A stretch of DNA of 64,000 nt from the human T2T-CHM13v2.0 reference genome, Homo sapiens: the NCBI RefSeq assembly GCF_009914755.1, contig NC_060927.1. One strand, given 5' to 3'. Below, piece after piece: positions 48,960 to 64,000 of the stretch (position 1 is its first letter; the number at the start of each line of letters is the position of its first letter). The position numbers were made by a program, and so were the translations under genes. Under the pieces are notes generated by a model. It saw only the letters and a list, made by a program, of their open reading frames with translations, did no database searches and was not told the origin of the DNA.

Positions 48960-50844
48960 GTGAAAGAAAAAACTGCCCATGGTTTTGGTTTGTTTGTTAC
49001 CCCCACCCCCCAACCCTGCAAGAACCCGCAACAGTCCCTGGACCCTGCTGATTGGAATAGTTGTGCTAACCAATGCAGCACCAGATCCCCCTCTTGCCCA
49101 AGAACCCAAAACAGTCCCTTGGACCCTGCTGATCAGAATAGTTGCACTCACAACACAGCAGCAGAAACACTAGTTTTCCTCTTAGACCCAAAGAGGATTG
49201 AGGAAATTCAGATTTAGTGGCCCTTACTGACGCATTCTCAAAAACCTGCACCTTGCCTGTCCTCTTAGACCACAAAGAGGACTAAGAAAAATTGGATTTA
49301 GTGGCCCTTACCGACACATTCTTGAAAACCTGTTAGAGTCCTAAGCGTTTTTTCCTGTTAGTATTAGGAACTTACCCTTGTCTTATAAAGATGTTATGCC
49401 TCAAAATGGAGTGGAGGGCCATACCCTGAGGGAGGGAAGGGATCTCCAGGGTTGGGAGAATGATGGCTTTTGTCCTCAATTCTCATCATACAAATAGGGA
49501 GAATATAATTTCTGAGGCTACCCATATCCTAGCTTCAGGAATAGCTTTTGTTAGGCCTGCTAGTCTGAGGAGGGATCCTAAAATTCCAGATAGTCCCCCC
49601 CACTGATGGGGTTTTGGGCAAAAATTATGTCTTTCTGATTGTTGAGCCCAGGTGCCTAAAGAACAGTCCCAAAATTTATATTAGAAATCATTTTTATAGG
49701 AGAAACTAGAAAGCACCAGAGACAGGGAGTGGTTTTTAGAAGCGGGAGTAGCCTCAGAGAAGACAGGCAGGGGGAAGTTTGTCTGACAGGCTTAGAACCC
49801 AGGAGGCAAGGGTCAGGGTAGATAGGATAGATGGGTGAGTCTTGCTTGGGCGACATGACTTTGAGAGTTCCGCTCACGGTTACAGGGTCAACGAACTTTT
49901 TGTCAGGACCCCAGAGCTGAATGTCTTTCCTCTCTGTTGACCCTCGGCTCAGCCCAGAAGTACAGGAAAAGTGGAAGCTGGTTCCAGGCAAAGCAATGCT
50001 CCCAACTCCGTAGAGTCTGGAGTTGTTAGAGAGCCCTTTCCCAGAAAGCCTGACACCCGTGTCTTTAGTCCAGTGGCCACGCTAGTCGCTTTTAACTGGC
50101 CAACAGGTGCCCGGTGTTTAGCCCCCGAATTCTAAGGAAAAATAGGACAGAATAGCAAGTGAAAGGGGTTCAATGGTACTCACTGCTTGGCGATAGTCCC
50201 TTCATGGTTGACAAGATGTGTCCAGAGTTGGTTCCTTCTGGTGGGTTCTTGGTCTCACTGACTTCAAGAATGAAGCTGTGGACCTTCGCCATGAGTGTCA
50301 CAGCTCTTAAAGATGGCATGGACCCAAAGAGTGAGCAGCAGCAAGATTTACTGTGAAGAGCTAAAGAACAAAGCTTCCACAGCATGGAAGGGGACCCAAG
50401 CGGGTTGTCACTGCTGGCTGGAGTGGCCAGCTTTTATCCCCTTATTTGTCCCTGCCCATGTCCTGCTGATTGGTCCATTTTACAGAGGGCTAATTGGTCC
50501 ATTTTACAGAGTGCTGATAGGTGCATTTACAATCCTCTAGCTAGATACAGAGTGCTGATTGGTGCAATGTTACAGGGTGCTGACTGGCGCATTTACAATC
50601 CTTTAGCTAGACACAGAGTGCTGATTGGTGCATTTATAATCCTCTAGCTAGACAGAAAAGTTCTCCAAGTCCCCACTTGACCCAGGAATTCCAGCTGGCT
50701 TCACCTGTCATCATGAGGGAGAATCCGTACCAATGGCAAGTGGGGGCAGCCTGGGGCCACAGCTCCCATGCTGGGGTCCCAGATGGCTTGCCCACAGGCA
50801 ATTGCCTGAGACAAGTCCTGAACTAAAGAGCACCAGAAGAAATT

Positions 50845-51212
50845 TGTATTAGTCCATTCTCACACTGCTATAAAGAACTATCTGAGATTGGTAATTTATG
50901 AAGGAAAAAATGTTTAATCAGCTCATAGTTCTGCAGGCTTAACAGGAAGCATGACTGGGAGGTCTCAGGAAATTTACGATCATGGCGGAATGCGAAGGGG
51001 AAGCAAGTACCTTATGTATATGGTGGCAGGGGAGAGAGAGAGCAAAGGGGGAAGTGCTACACACTTTTAAATGATCAGATCTCATGAGACGTCACTCACT
51101 ATCATGAGAACAGCAAGGGGGAGTCTGCCCTTATGATCTAATCACTTCCAACTGGGCCCCTCCTCCAATTCGACATGAGATTTGGGCAGGGACACAAATC
51201 CAAACCATATCA
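50845..51212 (-). mobile_element. MSTA-type MaLR solo LTR
   Basis: tgtattagtccattctcacactgctataaagaacta...ggacacaaatccaaaccatatca. Confidence 0.88.
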
Positions 51213-52434
51213 CCACTCCCTCCCTGTTCTTGGCACACTTGGAACAACTTCCATTTCCCTCTAGGAAGGTCAGAGGCCTGTGGGGTTTGGTGATTCACTC
51301 ACCTGAGATCAGCTCCCCGAAGGAGTCCCTGAGACCCCAGCACCAAGAAAACCCTTCCTCTCACCAAGTCATCCCCAAGACTATGTTTGGTGACCATCAC
51401 TGACCCTCCCTGCTCTCCTAACACCATTGGCAGGAAGAAGCCTGACAGGAATTAAGAAACAGGAATGAATGAAGGTCAGAGAAAGCATCTTGCAATAGAA
51501 AGAAGAGAAGAAGGAATGGTCTAAAGACCAGAAATCAAAGCCTAACTTACCCGTCTCAGCCAGTAAAATGTTACTCAGCTACTAGGCTGTTTGCCAAGCC
51601 TCAGGATCCTCATCTGCAAACTAATGATCCTATGATACTGTTGTAGAGGCACTAACAGTGCAAAGCAGATAAGCAGCTATAAGGGATGTCCGTGTCTCAT
51701 TCCCTCCAAGCCCGTCTATATAGCCAGCCACCACAGGCAACTTTCTACAACCCAGACTGATCAGCTCATTCCCTGCTAAAAGCCTTCCACAGCAACCTGG
51801 ATCAAGGACACATTTCTTAGAAGCTATATTGGACTTTGTGTTGGATGCCACGAAAACAATGGTGGCCTGACCGTAGGGCACTCACATCCAGCTAAGGGAA
51901 CAACCACATCAAGAGTTAGTGTCAGGGGACTCAACTGTGAACCAGAGAGATATGGTGTCAGCCAAGATGGGGCTTACAGTACAGTAGAGAAGCCAGTAAG
52001 TAGACAGTGTTAGTGCAGTATGTCCAATAGGGACCATAACCTATTGGTTATGGCAATAGCATAGCATTGCAGGCCACCACAGGAGCAAAAAGGAAGCCAC
52101 ACCTAATCTAGGTGGGGTGCAGAAAAGGCTTCCTGGAGAAGGGGTTTCTTGGCAGTGTTTTAAAGGATAAGTAGGAGTTTTCGAGGTGAAAGGAGGGTCT
52201 CTCCATTCTCTTAGTTAGGGCTTGGGCCCCATTCACTCCCATTCACAGTGGGCTGGGGTTTTCTTCCCATATCATGGCAAGTACCCCCATCCCATGTGTC
52301 TAGGGCCCCACCTTCTTTTCAGGGTATACAGGAGAGTTCTGGCTGTTGAAAAGGGACTATCCACACAGATGATGTCAGAACATCTGAGCGGTTTGGGGGC
52401 AGAGACTCTCCAGACCTGTGCTCCTCTCTTTGTG

Positions 52435-52741
52435 GGTTTTTGTTTTGTTTTGTTTTGTTTGTTTTTGACAGGGTCTTGTCACCCAGGCTGGAATGTGGTG
52501 GCAGAAACACTGCTCGCTGCAGCCTCAACTTCCTGGGCTCAAGTGATCCTCTCACCTCAGCCTCCAGAGTAGGTGGGACTACAGGTGTGTGCCACCAAGC
52601 CCGGCTAAGTTTTAAATTTTTTGTAGAGACAGGGTTTCACCATGTTGCCCAGGCTGGTCTCAAACCCCTGGCTTCAAGTGATCCACCCGCCTTGGCCTCC
52701 CAAAGTGTTAGGATTACAAGTGTGAGCCACTGTGCCCAGCC
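52435..52741 (-). mobile_element. AluJ
   Basis: Diverged reverse dimer. Confidence 0.93.
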
Positions 52742-52979
52742 TCTTTGTGGTCTTAAATCCAGTAAGTTCCTGGGGACACACTTCTCACAGCTGCCCTCAC
52801 TCCAAGCAGGATTTAACATGGGAAGTGATAGTGATGATGCAGAGCAGCACAGTAATTGCTATAGATATTCTCTTTTTTTATTATTACATACATATAGGGC
52901 AAACGTGGCAGGCCTTAACATTAATGGATACAGGGGATGAACTGAGAGGAAACAAGGATAGTAAACACAATACTAGAAA

Positions 52980-53150
52980 ACACCTATAATACTTACAATG
53001 TGTCAGGCACCATTCTAAGTGCTTTATGTATTTTATCTCATCCAATCCTCACAACAACTCTACAATTCAAGTATATTATTATCCCCATTTTCCAAATAAG
53101 GAAGCTATGCACAGAGAGGCTAAGTAACTTGTCCATGGTCACTCAGCTCA
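52980..53150. mobile_element. MIR
   Basis: aggcaccattctaagtgcttt...atccccatttt...aagtaacttgtccatggtcac. Confidence 0.8.
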
Positions 53151-53719
53151 TGGGATGACACCCAGGGTTCTAGTTTGGGTCCCTGGGTGAATGATAATAC
53201 TTTTTACAGTGATGGGGATATGGGTTGGAGCTTCAGGGTTGCGGATAGATGGTAAGTTTCGTTTCAGGCATGTAGAATTTGAGTTACCTATTTGTTAGCT
53301 CTCATACCAAAGCTTGAGTGATGATTTTCAAGAGAAATCGAGTTGGAGTACAGAATTCCTAAAAGCCTTCTGTGGTTGTCTTTGGCCCAAAGGTAGGTGT
53401 CCTAAGGTGCTATATCGAGGCATCATCAAGTGTCTTGCCCACTGGGGCCCAACCCAGTCATGGTAGATCGGGCCAGGCCCACAGTGTTGGTCACAGAAGT
53501 GCCTCTGAAGTCTAAACACACTGCTCAGATGGGCCTGGTCCTTACAGCCAATGAAAGCCAACCACTTGTGCATGAAACAGCTCTGAAGAATAAAAAACCT
53601 CAATCTTGGTTTCCAAATCCTTGTGTCTCCTATAATAGGAAGCCAGGACTGCAGGACAACACGTGGTCAAGGAGACCTGAAAATCAGGTCTGAGAGCATT
53701 TAGCCTGGCCTTGGGAGAT

Positions 53720-53803
53720 TTCCTCCTCAAGAATCCTAAGCTTCTGGGGCCTTGATTTGCCTTCCACCTCAAGAATCCTAAGCTTCTGAGGCCTTGATTT
53801 GCC
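53720..53803. repeat. 42-bp tandem duplication (2 copies, 2 mismatches)
   Basis: ttccWcctcaagaatcctaagcttctgRggccttgatttgcc, twice. Confidence 0.9.
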
Positions 53804-54729
53804 AGTAGGCAATGTCTAGCATCAATGTCAGGCAGAGGCTGGGGTTCCTGGTTTTAAATAGCCAAAACCTCCTTGTGAGATTTCCAAATGGAGAGGGGGA
53901 CCTTGATGACAGGAAACCACCATTAGGATCAATGGACAAAGATTGCTCCAAGAGATTACTTTTAAGCTTGTGGAAACTCTGGAGCAGGACTTCTGGTGTC
54001 TTTGTTTCTATCTTGGCTCACACAGATATATGAGGAACATATGTCAGGGCCAGGGTTAGGCCCAGGGCACCTTTGAAATATTGCCATCCCTAGACAGTCC
54101 AGGAGACTGTTTACTTTGGGCCCTGTAAAGGACCTATCTCCTGTGCTATAATAAAGATACACAGTTAACTTCATCACACCCTTTGCCCTTCACCCGTGGT
54201 CATTAACACACAGGGCCTGCTCAACCATGTTTGTAACAAGGACCAGTTCATATCCTCCTTCTGTATGCAAACCATTCTTCAAAGTGAAAGTCACCTGGGT
54301 ACCACCTGCCACCCAGAGGCTAGACAACTGCCTACTAGGTTACAAACTGTCCCCACACCTTCTCAGTTTATCTGCTTCTTGGTCTCCCTAGGAACCTCTA
54401 CATGGACACCAGAATGCTGGTGCTGTCTTACGAAATATTAACCACATTTATGGGCCAAAATATCACAATTTCTAGACATGCTTCTTCATTTTTAAGATGG
54501 GAGATGCTTGCTGCTCCCTTCACTGAGACTTCAGATTGGGCATCACACATGGTATAACTGACTGCTCAGGATATGCCAGGCCTTTTGCTATGTAGTGTCT
54601 GTTAACCTCATGCGGTGCTCCCAGCCCTGTGAGGTACGCATTATGCTCTGCATTTTTTTCAGATGAGAAAACAGGCTTGGAGGTTGGGTATCTTTCCCAA
54701 GGACACCTGGAGGAGAAGGTGTAGAGCTG

Positions 54730-55260
54730 GGACGCGTCTGGATCCCCCGACTATGGCCTGAGAGCGGGATGTGAGTGGCCTGGGCCCTCGCGAGACCCCG
54801 ACCCCGCCCGCGGCAGGTGGCCGGGCACAGCCGAGAAGTAAGCCCTGCCAGCTCTCCCGGGTGCGGGGACGCGCGCGCCCACCTTCGCAAACGAGACTTC
54901 CGGGATCCCGGAGGGGGCGGAAGTCGAGGCCTCTCTCGCTTCCGGCTCGGCCATTGTTTTTGGTCTAACGGGCAGTAGAGTGTCCGGCTTCGGTGCCGAG
55001 TGCCACCGCGAGTGGGCCGAGACGCGGAGGGAGGCGCGGCCGGAGCTCGGGTCGCCGACGCTGGCCAGGACCGCGCTTCTTCCCGGCGGCAGGCGGCGCG
55101 GTCCCCGTGACTCTCAGAAGCCGCCCGATGTAGAGCCGCTTCTTTGTCTCATACCCCTGACCATTCGTGCGTGGCACGGAGCCGGGTATCTGCGGGTACA
55201 GCGATGAACAGGGCAGACGTGGCCAGGTGAGCGGCGCTGCTGAAGCCTGGTTTAACACGA
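54730..55260 (+). promoter_or_regulatory. ZKSCAN7: CpG island / ZKSCAN7 promoter and non-coding exon 1 (donor after 55226)
   Basis: CpG-rich. ETS motifs ACTTCCGG, GGCGGAAGT and CTTCCGG at about 54895-54945; GC boxes; donor CCAG|GTGAGC. Confidence 0.85.
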
Positions 55261-56792
55261 AAGGTAGATCGCTGTTTTCCCAGCTCTTGCAGTAGGAAAC
55301 TGTATGAACTGTCATATTTGGGTCAGACCCAGGCTCAGAATCGCAAACGTGGAGCGTGACTTGGAAATGCAAAAATCCAATTGAGATTTTAAAGTGCTGA
55401 GCATTCGGAACACTATGGGAAGCAGGAGAATGGCCTGAACTTTCTACATATATGGGATCTTAGAGCAGAGTTTACAGATTATTTTAAAGTCCTTCTTTGT
55501 CTTTTTAAAGAGATTGAGACACAGGGATCTGGGCTCTTGGTGAACTGGAAGCACAGCACAGATGCCCTAGTTACCAGTAAGGTGCTGATTTTAAAACGTT
55601 CAAAGTTTTCCTCCACTTCAGTGTCAGCTAAATGTATCATATTCATTCATTTCCCAATTATGTGTGCCATGTGCACACGTGTACAAAGATGACTGGAAGT
55701 CAGCTCTGCCCTTTGTATCCTCCCAGAAAGCAGGGGAGACAGTCGTGTAAACCACAAACGATTACAGTGTGAGATGTGCTCTACTAGAGGTTTGAATGAA
55801 AAAGGTAGTTTGGGATCACTGAGACAATAACCACCTCTCTAAGCCTAGCGTGATCAGGAAGGCTTTCTAGGGGAGGTGCATTGAGTAAAAAAAGGTCTAG
55901 TATTTTCTGATTCCATTTGGTTCCTTTCCTTTGGTGGCCGTGCAGCAGTTTGGAGGGTGAGAGTGGTGAGTTGTGCATAAACCAGTTAAAGGGTTATAGT
56001 GAGAGGTACACAAAGGGAAGCTACCAGCACTCTTCCTGATGGGGCAATCAGGAAAACCAAGAAAAAGTTGCCTTTGTTCATGGTCTTGACAGACAAGTTT
56101 GCCAAAAGTTGAAGAAGAAAAATTCAAAGAAAGAGTATGTGTGGCTTCTAAGTGTGTCTCTAGAGCTTTAGCTCCAAACTTTCTTTATTTTGCATTTCTA
56201 TCAGTAGAAGAGGTTTGATCACTTACTCCCTACATTGGTTTATTTGTAATTTAAACATGAATACTACTATACAAATTGTAATGCACATTATAAAACATAC
56301 ATTAAATAGGAGTTAAATAACTTAGTATTTTCTCTTGCACCCTTTGGGATAGCCTGCATTTCCCACATTGGAGACCATTGCTGTCTTTCTAGCATGGGTA
56401 CTTGGGGTGAGTGGTAGAGGGTGTGGCTGGTTGTGAAGGGGGTAAGGCCAGGTTGTGAAGGGCTGTGAATGCAAGGCATAGACATTTAGATTTTATCCTG
56501 TAGGTAATGGGAGCCACTGAAACTTTAAGAAGGGCATCATTTGGAGAGATGCTTACTAAGAATGCCTGGTTGTGTTCTTTTTTCCTGGAGCTTTGTTTTT
56601 TAACTCAGTGGAGGATTGTCATCAGCCTGGGGCTGAATACTCCAAGAACTCTGATTTCACTCTTGTTTCTGTAGGCCACACTACCATCACCCCTTTCTCC
56701 AACCCTGAAAAACAGTTCCTGAGACCTGAACTATTGACCATCATTTTAATCGGACCAACTGCAGCTGTAACAAGCTTCTCTTTGGGGTCACA

Positions 56793-57215
56793 ATGACCAC
56801 TGCAGGCAGGGGAAATTTAGGCCTCATCCCCAGGAGCACTGCTTTCCAGAAGCAAGAGGGGCGCCTGACTGTGAAGCAGGAGCCAGCAAACCAGACCTGG
56901 GGGCAGGGCAGCAGTCTCCAGAAGAACTATCCTCCTGTCTGCGAAATCTTCCGGCTACACTTCAGGCAATTGTGTTACCACGAGATGTCTGGGCCGCAGG
57001 AAGCATTGAGCCGGCTTCGGGAGCTCTGCCGCTGGTGGCTCATGCCAGAGGTGCACACCAAGGAGCAGATCCTGGAGCTGCTGGTGCTTGAGCAGTTCCT
57101 GAGCATCCTCCCTGGGGAGCTCCGGACCTGGGTGCAGCTGCATCACCCTGAGAGTGGTGAGGAGGCTGTGGCTGTGGTGGAGGATTTCCAGAGACACCTC
57201 AGTGGATCAGAGGAG
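56793..57215 (+). CDS. ZKSCAN7: ZKSCAN7 first coding exon (SCAN domain; exon starts at 56675)
   Basis: Acceptor tttctgtag|g. [15 protein letters not shown]...[55 protein letters not shown]...SEE|gtgag is an intact SCAN domain. Confidence 0.95.
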
Positions 57216-57868
57216 GTGAGCAGTTGAGTCTAGAATGGCGGCCTGATGCTTCTCTAATGCTTGGGTTAGCCTAGGAATAGGCATTCTCCACTTCCCAGGC
57301 CCTAGGCCAGTTTGCCTTTAGGGTTGCTGAACTTGTCCTGTGGATAGAGGGAAAAGAGTTTTGTGCTCCAAGCCATAAACACAAGTGCACATCCCAGCTA
57401 AGCTCTGTGATTCACCCTGTGAAATACTGTGTTCTGAGCCTAGCTTCATCCTGGAGATTCGCATGGTACTCCTGGCAGGCGGGGGATCTGCATGCTGGTT
57501 AGAATAGGGCGATCGGGGGAAGGCGGGCCTTTGGGTATGCTGATAATACGAGCCTTCATTTGAGACATTCTCTTTGCTCACTTCCTTGGACTTCTCAGAG
57601 TCAATTTTCTCTTTTTCTGCCTCTTTGATTCCCTGAAAGGTGACATTTTTGGGCCTTGTAATTATTTGTTCCTTTTGCTAGCTCTCCAAACCTAACTGGG
57701 ATCTTTTTGCATCTTTAATTCTAATTTAAGTTTTCCCTATTTCCTGGAGTTCTTGCAAATGTAATACCAAGGTAATTTAAACTAGAGGAATAGTTGGGAA
57801 GAGTGAGCAGTAAGACACATTGGAAAATCTGGTTTCTAGGACCATAGAGCCAACTAGCTCTGTGCCCA

Positions 57869-59027
<1,159 letters not shown>

Positions 59028-59141
59028 CATGGATAAGTTAGTTCTTCCTAATGAGTTTCAAATTGTTCCCCTATAATAGAAGCAGGGTGAACTAGAGGTC
59101 CCCTCTACCCCTTTGTACTTTATCAGGGGAAAACAGTATAG

Positions 59142-59519
<378 letters not shown>

Positions 59520-60250
59520 TAGTTGATCAGGATCCTGGGGCTAGACATTTTTCCAGGATTATTAGCAGTACACATTTGTCATTATCAACCATCATTTTCT
59601 TTGTGTAAACAAGTAAGCACATATGAGTAAATCAACCATCACAAGGGTCTAGAGAGCAGCTGGGCCAGCCATGGCAATGACAGGTGGCTGAAGACATATT
59701 TAGAGAACCATTTAGTGAGGGTGGCAGAAGGAAAATGTCCCTATTTCCTGCTTGGTTTTGCTTAAGAAGTTAATGCTTCCTCCATTAAAACTTTTAGTGC
59801 TTTATCCAGCTAGCAGCCTCAGAAAAGGGTGACTGTTGAGTCACAACCCAAGAAAATGACTAACAGTAGACAGTGAGGCAGCTGAATGCTCATGGCTCCA
59901 GCTTGGGTGTAGGGTCTTTGGAGTCCATTTCTTAATCTCCCACTACTGTCAGTGTTATGTTTTCTGACACGAAGACATAAGGGCAGGACTATCTTTCATC
60001 AGCAGGCGTTCAGAAAATGTTTACAGAATGGCTAAATGAATAAACAAGCTTTTCCATGGAAGTTTGCCAAGAGGAGATTAAGGAGGGTCCAGGTAAATTG
60101 GAGTCATTTTGCTTATCAGGAGCAAGCCACTTTATTGCTGCAGAAGGAGCATGTACATGTGTGCACATTGTGGCTGGGAAAGGTTTGTATAGTGATCCCT
60201 GCTGGGCTGCAGAGTCATGCAACTTGCAGAATTCTTTTGTTTCCTGTATC

Positions 60251-60543
60251 TTTTTTTTTTTTTTTTGAGACAAAGTCTCACTCTGTTGCCCAGGCTGGAG
60301 TGCAGTGACACAATCTCAGCTCACTGCAAGCTCCGCCTCCTTCACGCCATTCTCCTGCCTCAGCCTCCTGAGTAGCTGGGACTACAGGTGCCTGCCACCA
60401 CGCCCAGCTAATTTTTTGTATTTTTAGTAGAGACAGGGTTTCACCATGTTAGCCAGAATGGTTTCGATCTCCTGACCTCATGATCCTCCCGCCTCGTTCT
60501 CCCAAAGTGCTGGGATTACAGGCATGAGCCACCACGCCTGGCC
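60251..60543 (-). mobile_element. AluY
   Basis: Reverse dimer; TSD tgtttcctgtatct. Confidence 0.93.
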
Positions 60544-60823
60544 TGTTTCCTGTATCTTTTTTCATCTCCTGCCAGGGTTACAAAACAGGCAGTGCAGTAA
60601 TCATTATCTCCATTTGACAAGTGAAGTGAGCACATGTAGTAAGCATTCCCTTGCCCGAAAGATTTAGCTGAGGTGTGGTTGTTTCTGATTACCATCAAGT
60701 GGGAGGACCAGGATTTTCCATCTCCCTAGTTTCTAAGCCAACAGCTTTTCTCTAGGGTCTTGCTGTGGAATGCCATATTAGAATGAGGTTTTCATGTCTT
60801 CAAGGAAGGGAAACCTGTGATTC

Positions 60824-63479
<2,656 letters not shown>

Positions 63480-64000
63480 AAGTCCTAGATAATGAACAGG
63501 AACTTTACCAGGATTAAATTATTAGTGGATTACAAAGTTGAATTATCACAGTGCAGTAAGTTCTACCTTCTGCCAATACCCAGAGCTCCTGTATTGAAGA
63601 GCTGTGACTTCCATTTTAGAGAGTCTTTCAGTTTCAAAGAACCTTTCAGTAGGAGAGCTTGGGAACTACAGAATCCAGGGAGCCTGCTGGTCCTACCACT
63701 ACACTGGTGAGATATATATTAAAGGAGAGAGTCCCTTAACATCTCAGCAGATGCAGCCTAATAGGGTGAATCCTGTGTGGTTTATTGAAGGAGAAGTTAT
63801 TTTTACCTCATGCTGTGCTATGTACATACCAGAGCAAGTGAACTTTAAAATGTGCCTTATTTAGATAATATTTTAGGTTTTCTGCCCTACATGCTGGTAA
63901 AAGGAGCAACCATGAGATTGTGAGGAGCTGGTTTGATGACAATAAGCAAGGGTTAGAAATAAAATGTCTATGTTCTGAGGTATTCTCAAGATCTCTACAG

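Larger units (their letters stand above)
43329..50710 (-). mobile_element. HERV9-family provirus with two LTR12F-type LTRs; defective gag-pro-pol and env TM; no integrase or SU
   Basis: LTRs at 50217-50710 and 43329-43798; 4-bp TSD TCAT; degenerate PBS TTGTCAACCATGAAGGGAC; polypurine tract next to the 3' LTR. Confidence 0.93.

Overview
Primate (very likely human) genomic DNA from a SCAN/KRAB zinc-finger cluster, recognised from protein sequence as the ZNF852-ZKSCAN7 interval. The left end holds the 5' part of ZNF852 on the minus strand: CpG-island exon 1, the ATG exon, a 127-nt variant KRAB-A exon and the start of the C2H2 exon. The right part holds the promoter, exon 1 and SCAN exon of ZKSCAN7 on the plus strand. 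The ~44 kb between them is repeat-dense. It contains an EI24 processed pseudogene inserted into a MER5 element, a decayed C2H2 zinc-finger exon with fingers on both strands, and a two-LTR HERV9/LTR12F provirus lacking integrase and env SU. It also has solo LTR7C and LTR14B-type LTRs, two good CTCF motifs and many Alu, L1, L2, MIR, MaLR and DNA-transposon pieces. A two-LTR MSTA element lies in ZKSCAN7 intron 2. I see no clear wholly new system. The best leads concern gene birth and death: ZNF852 as a SCAN-less partial copy of ZKSCAN7, and a possible extinct SCAN-ZNF gene. Repeat subfamily names and paralog comparisons are from memory, and repeat boundaries are approximate.
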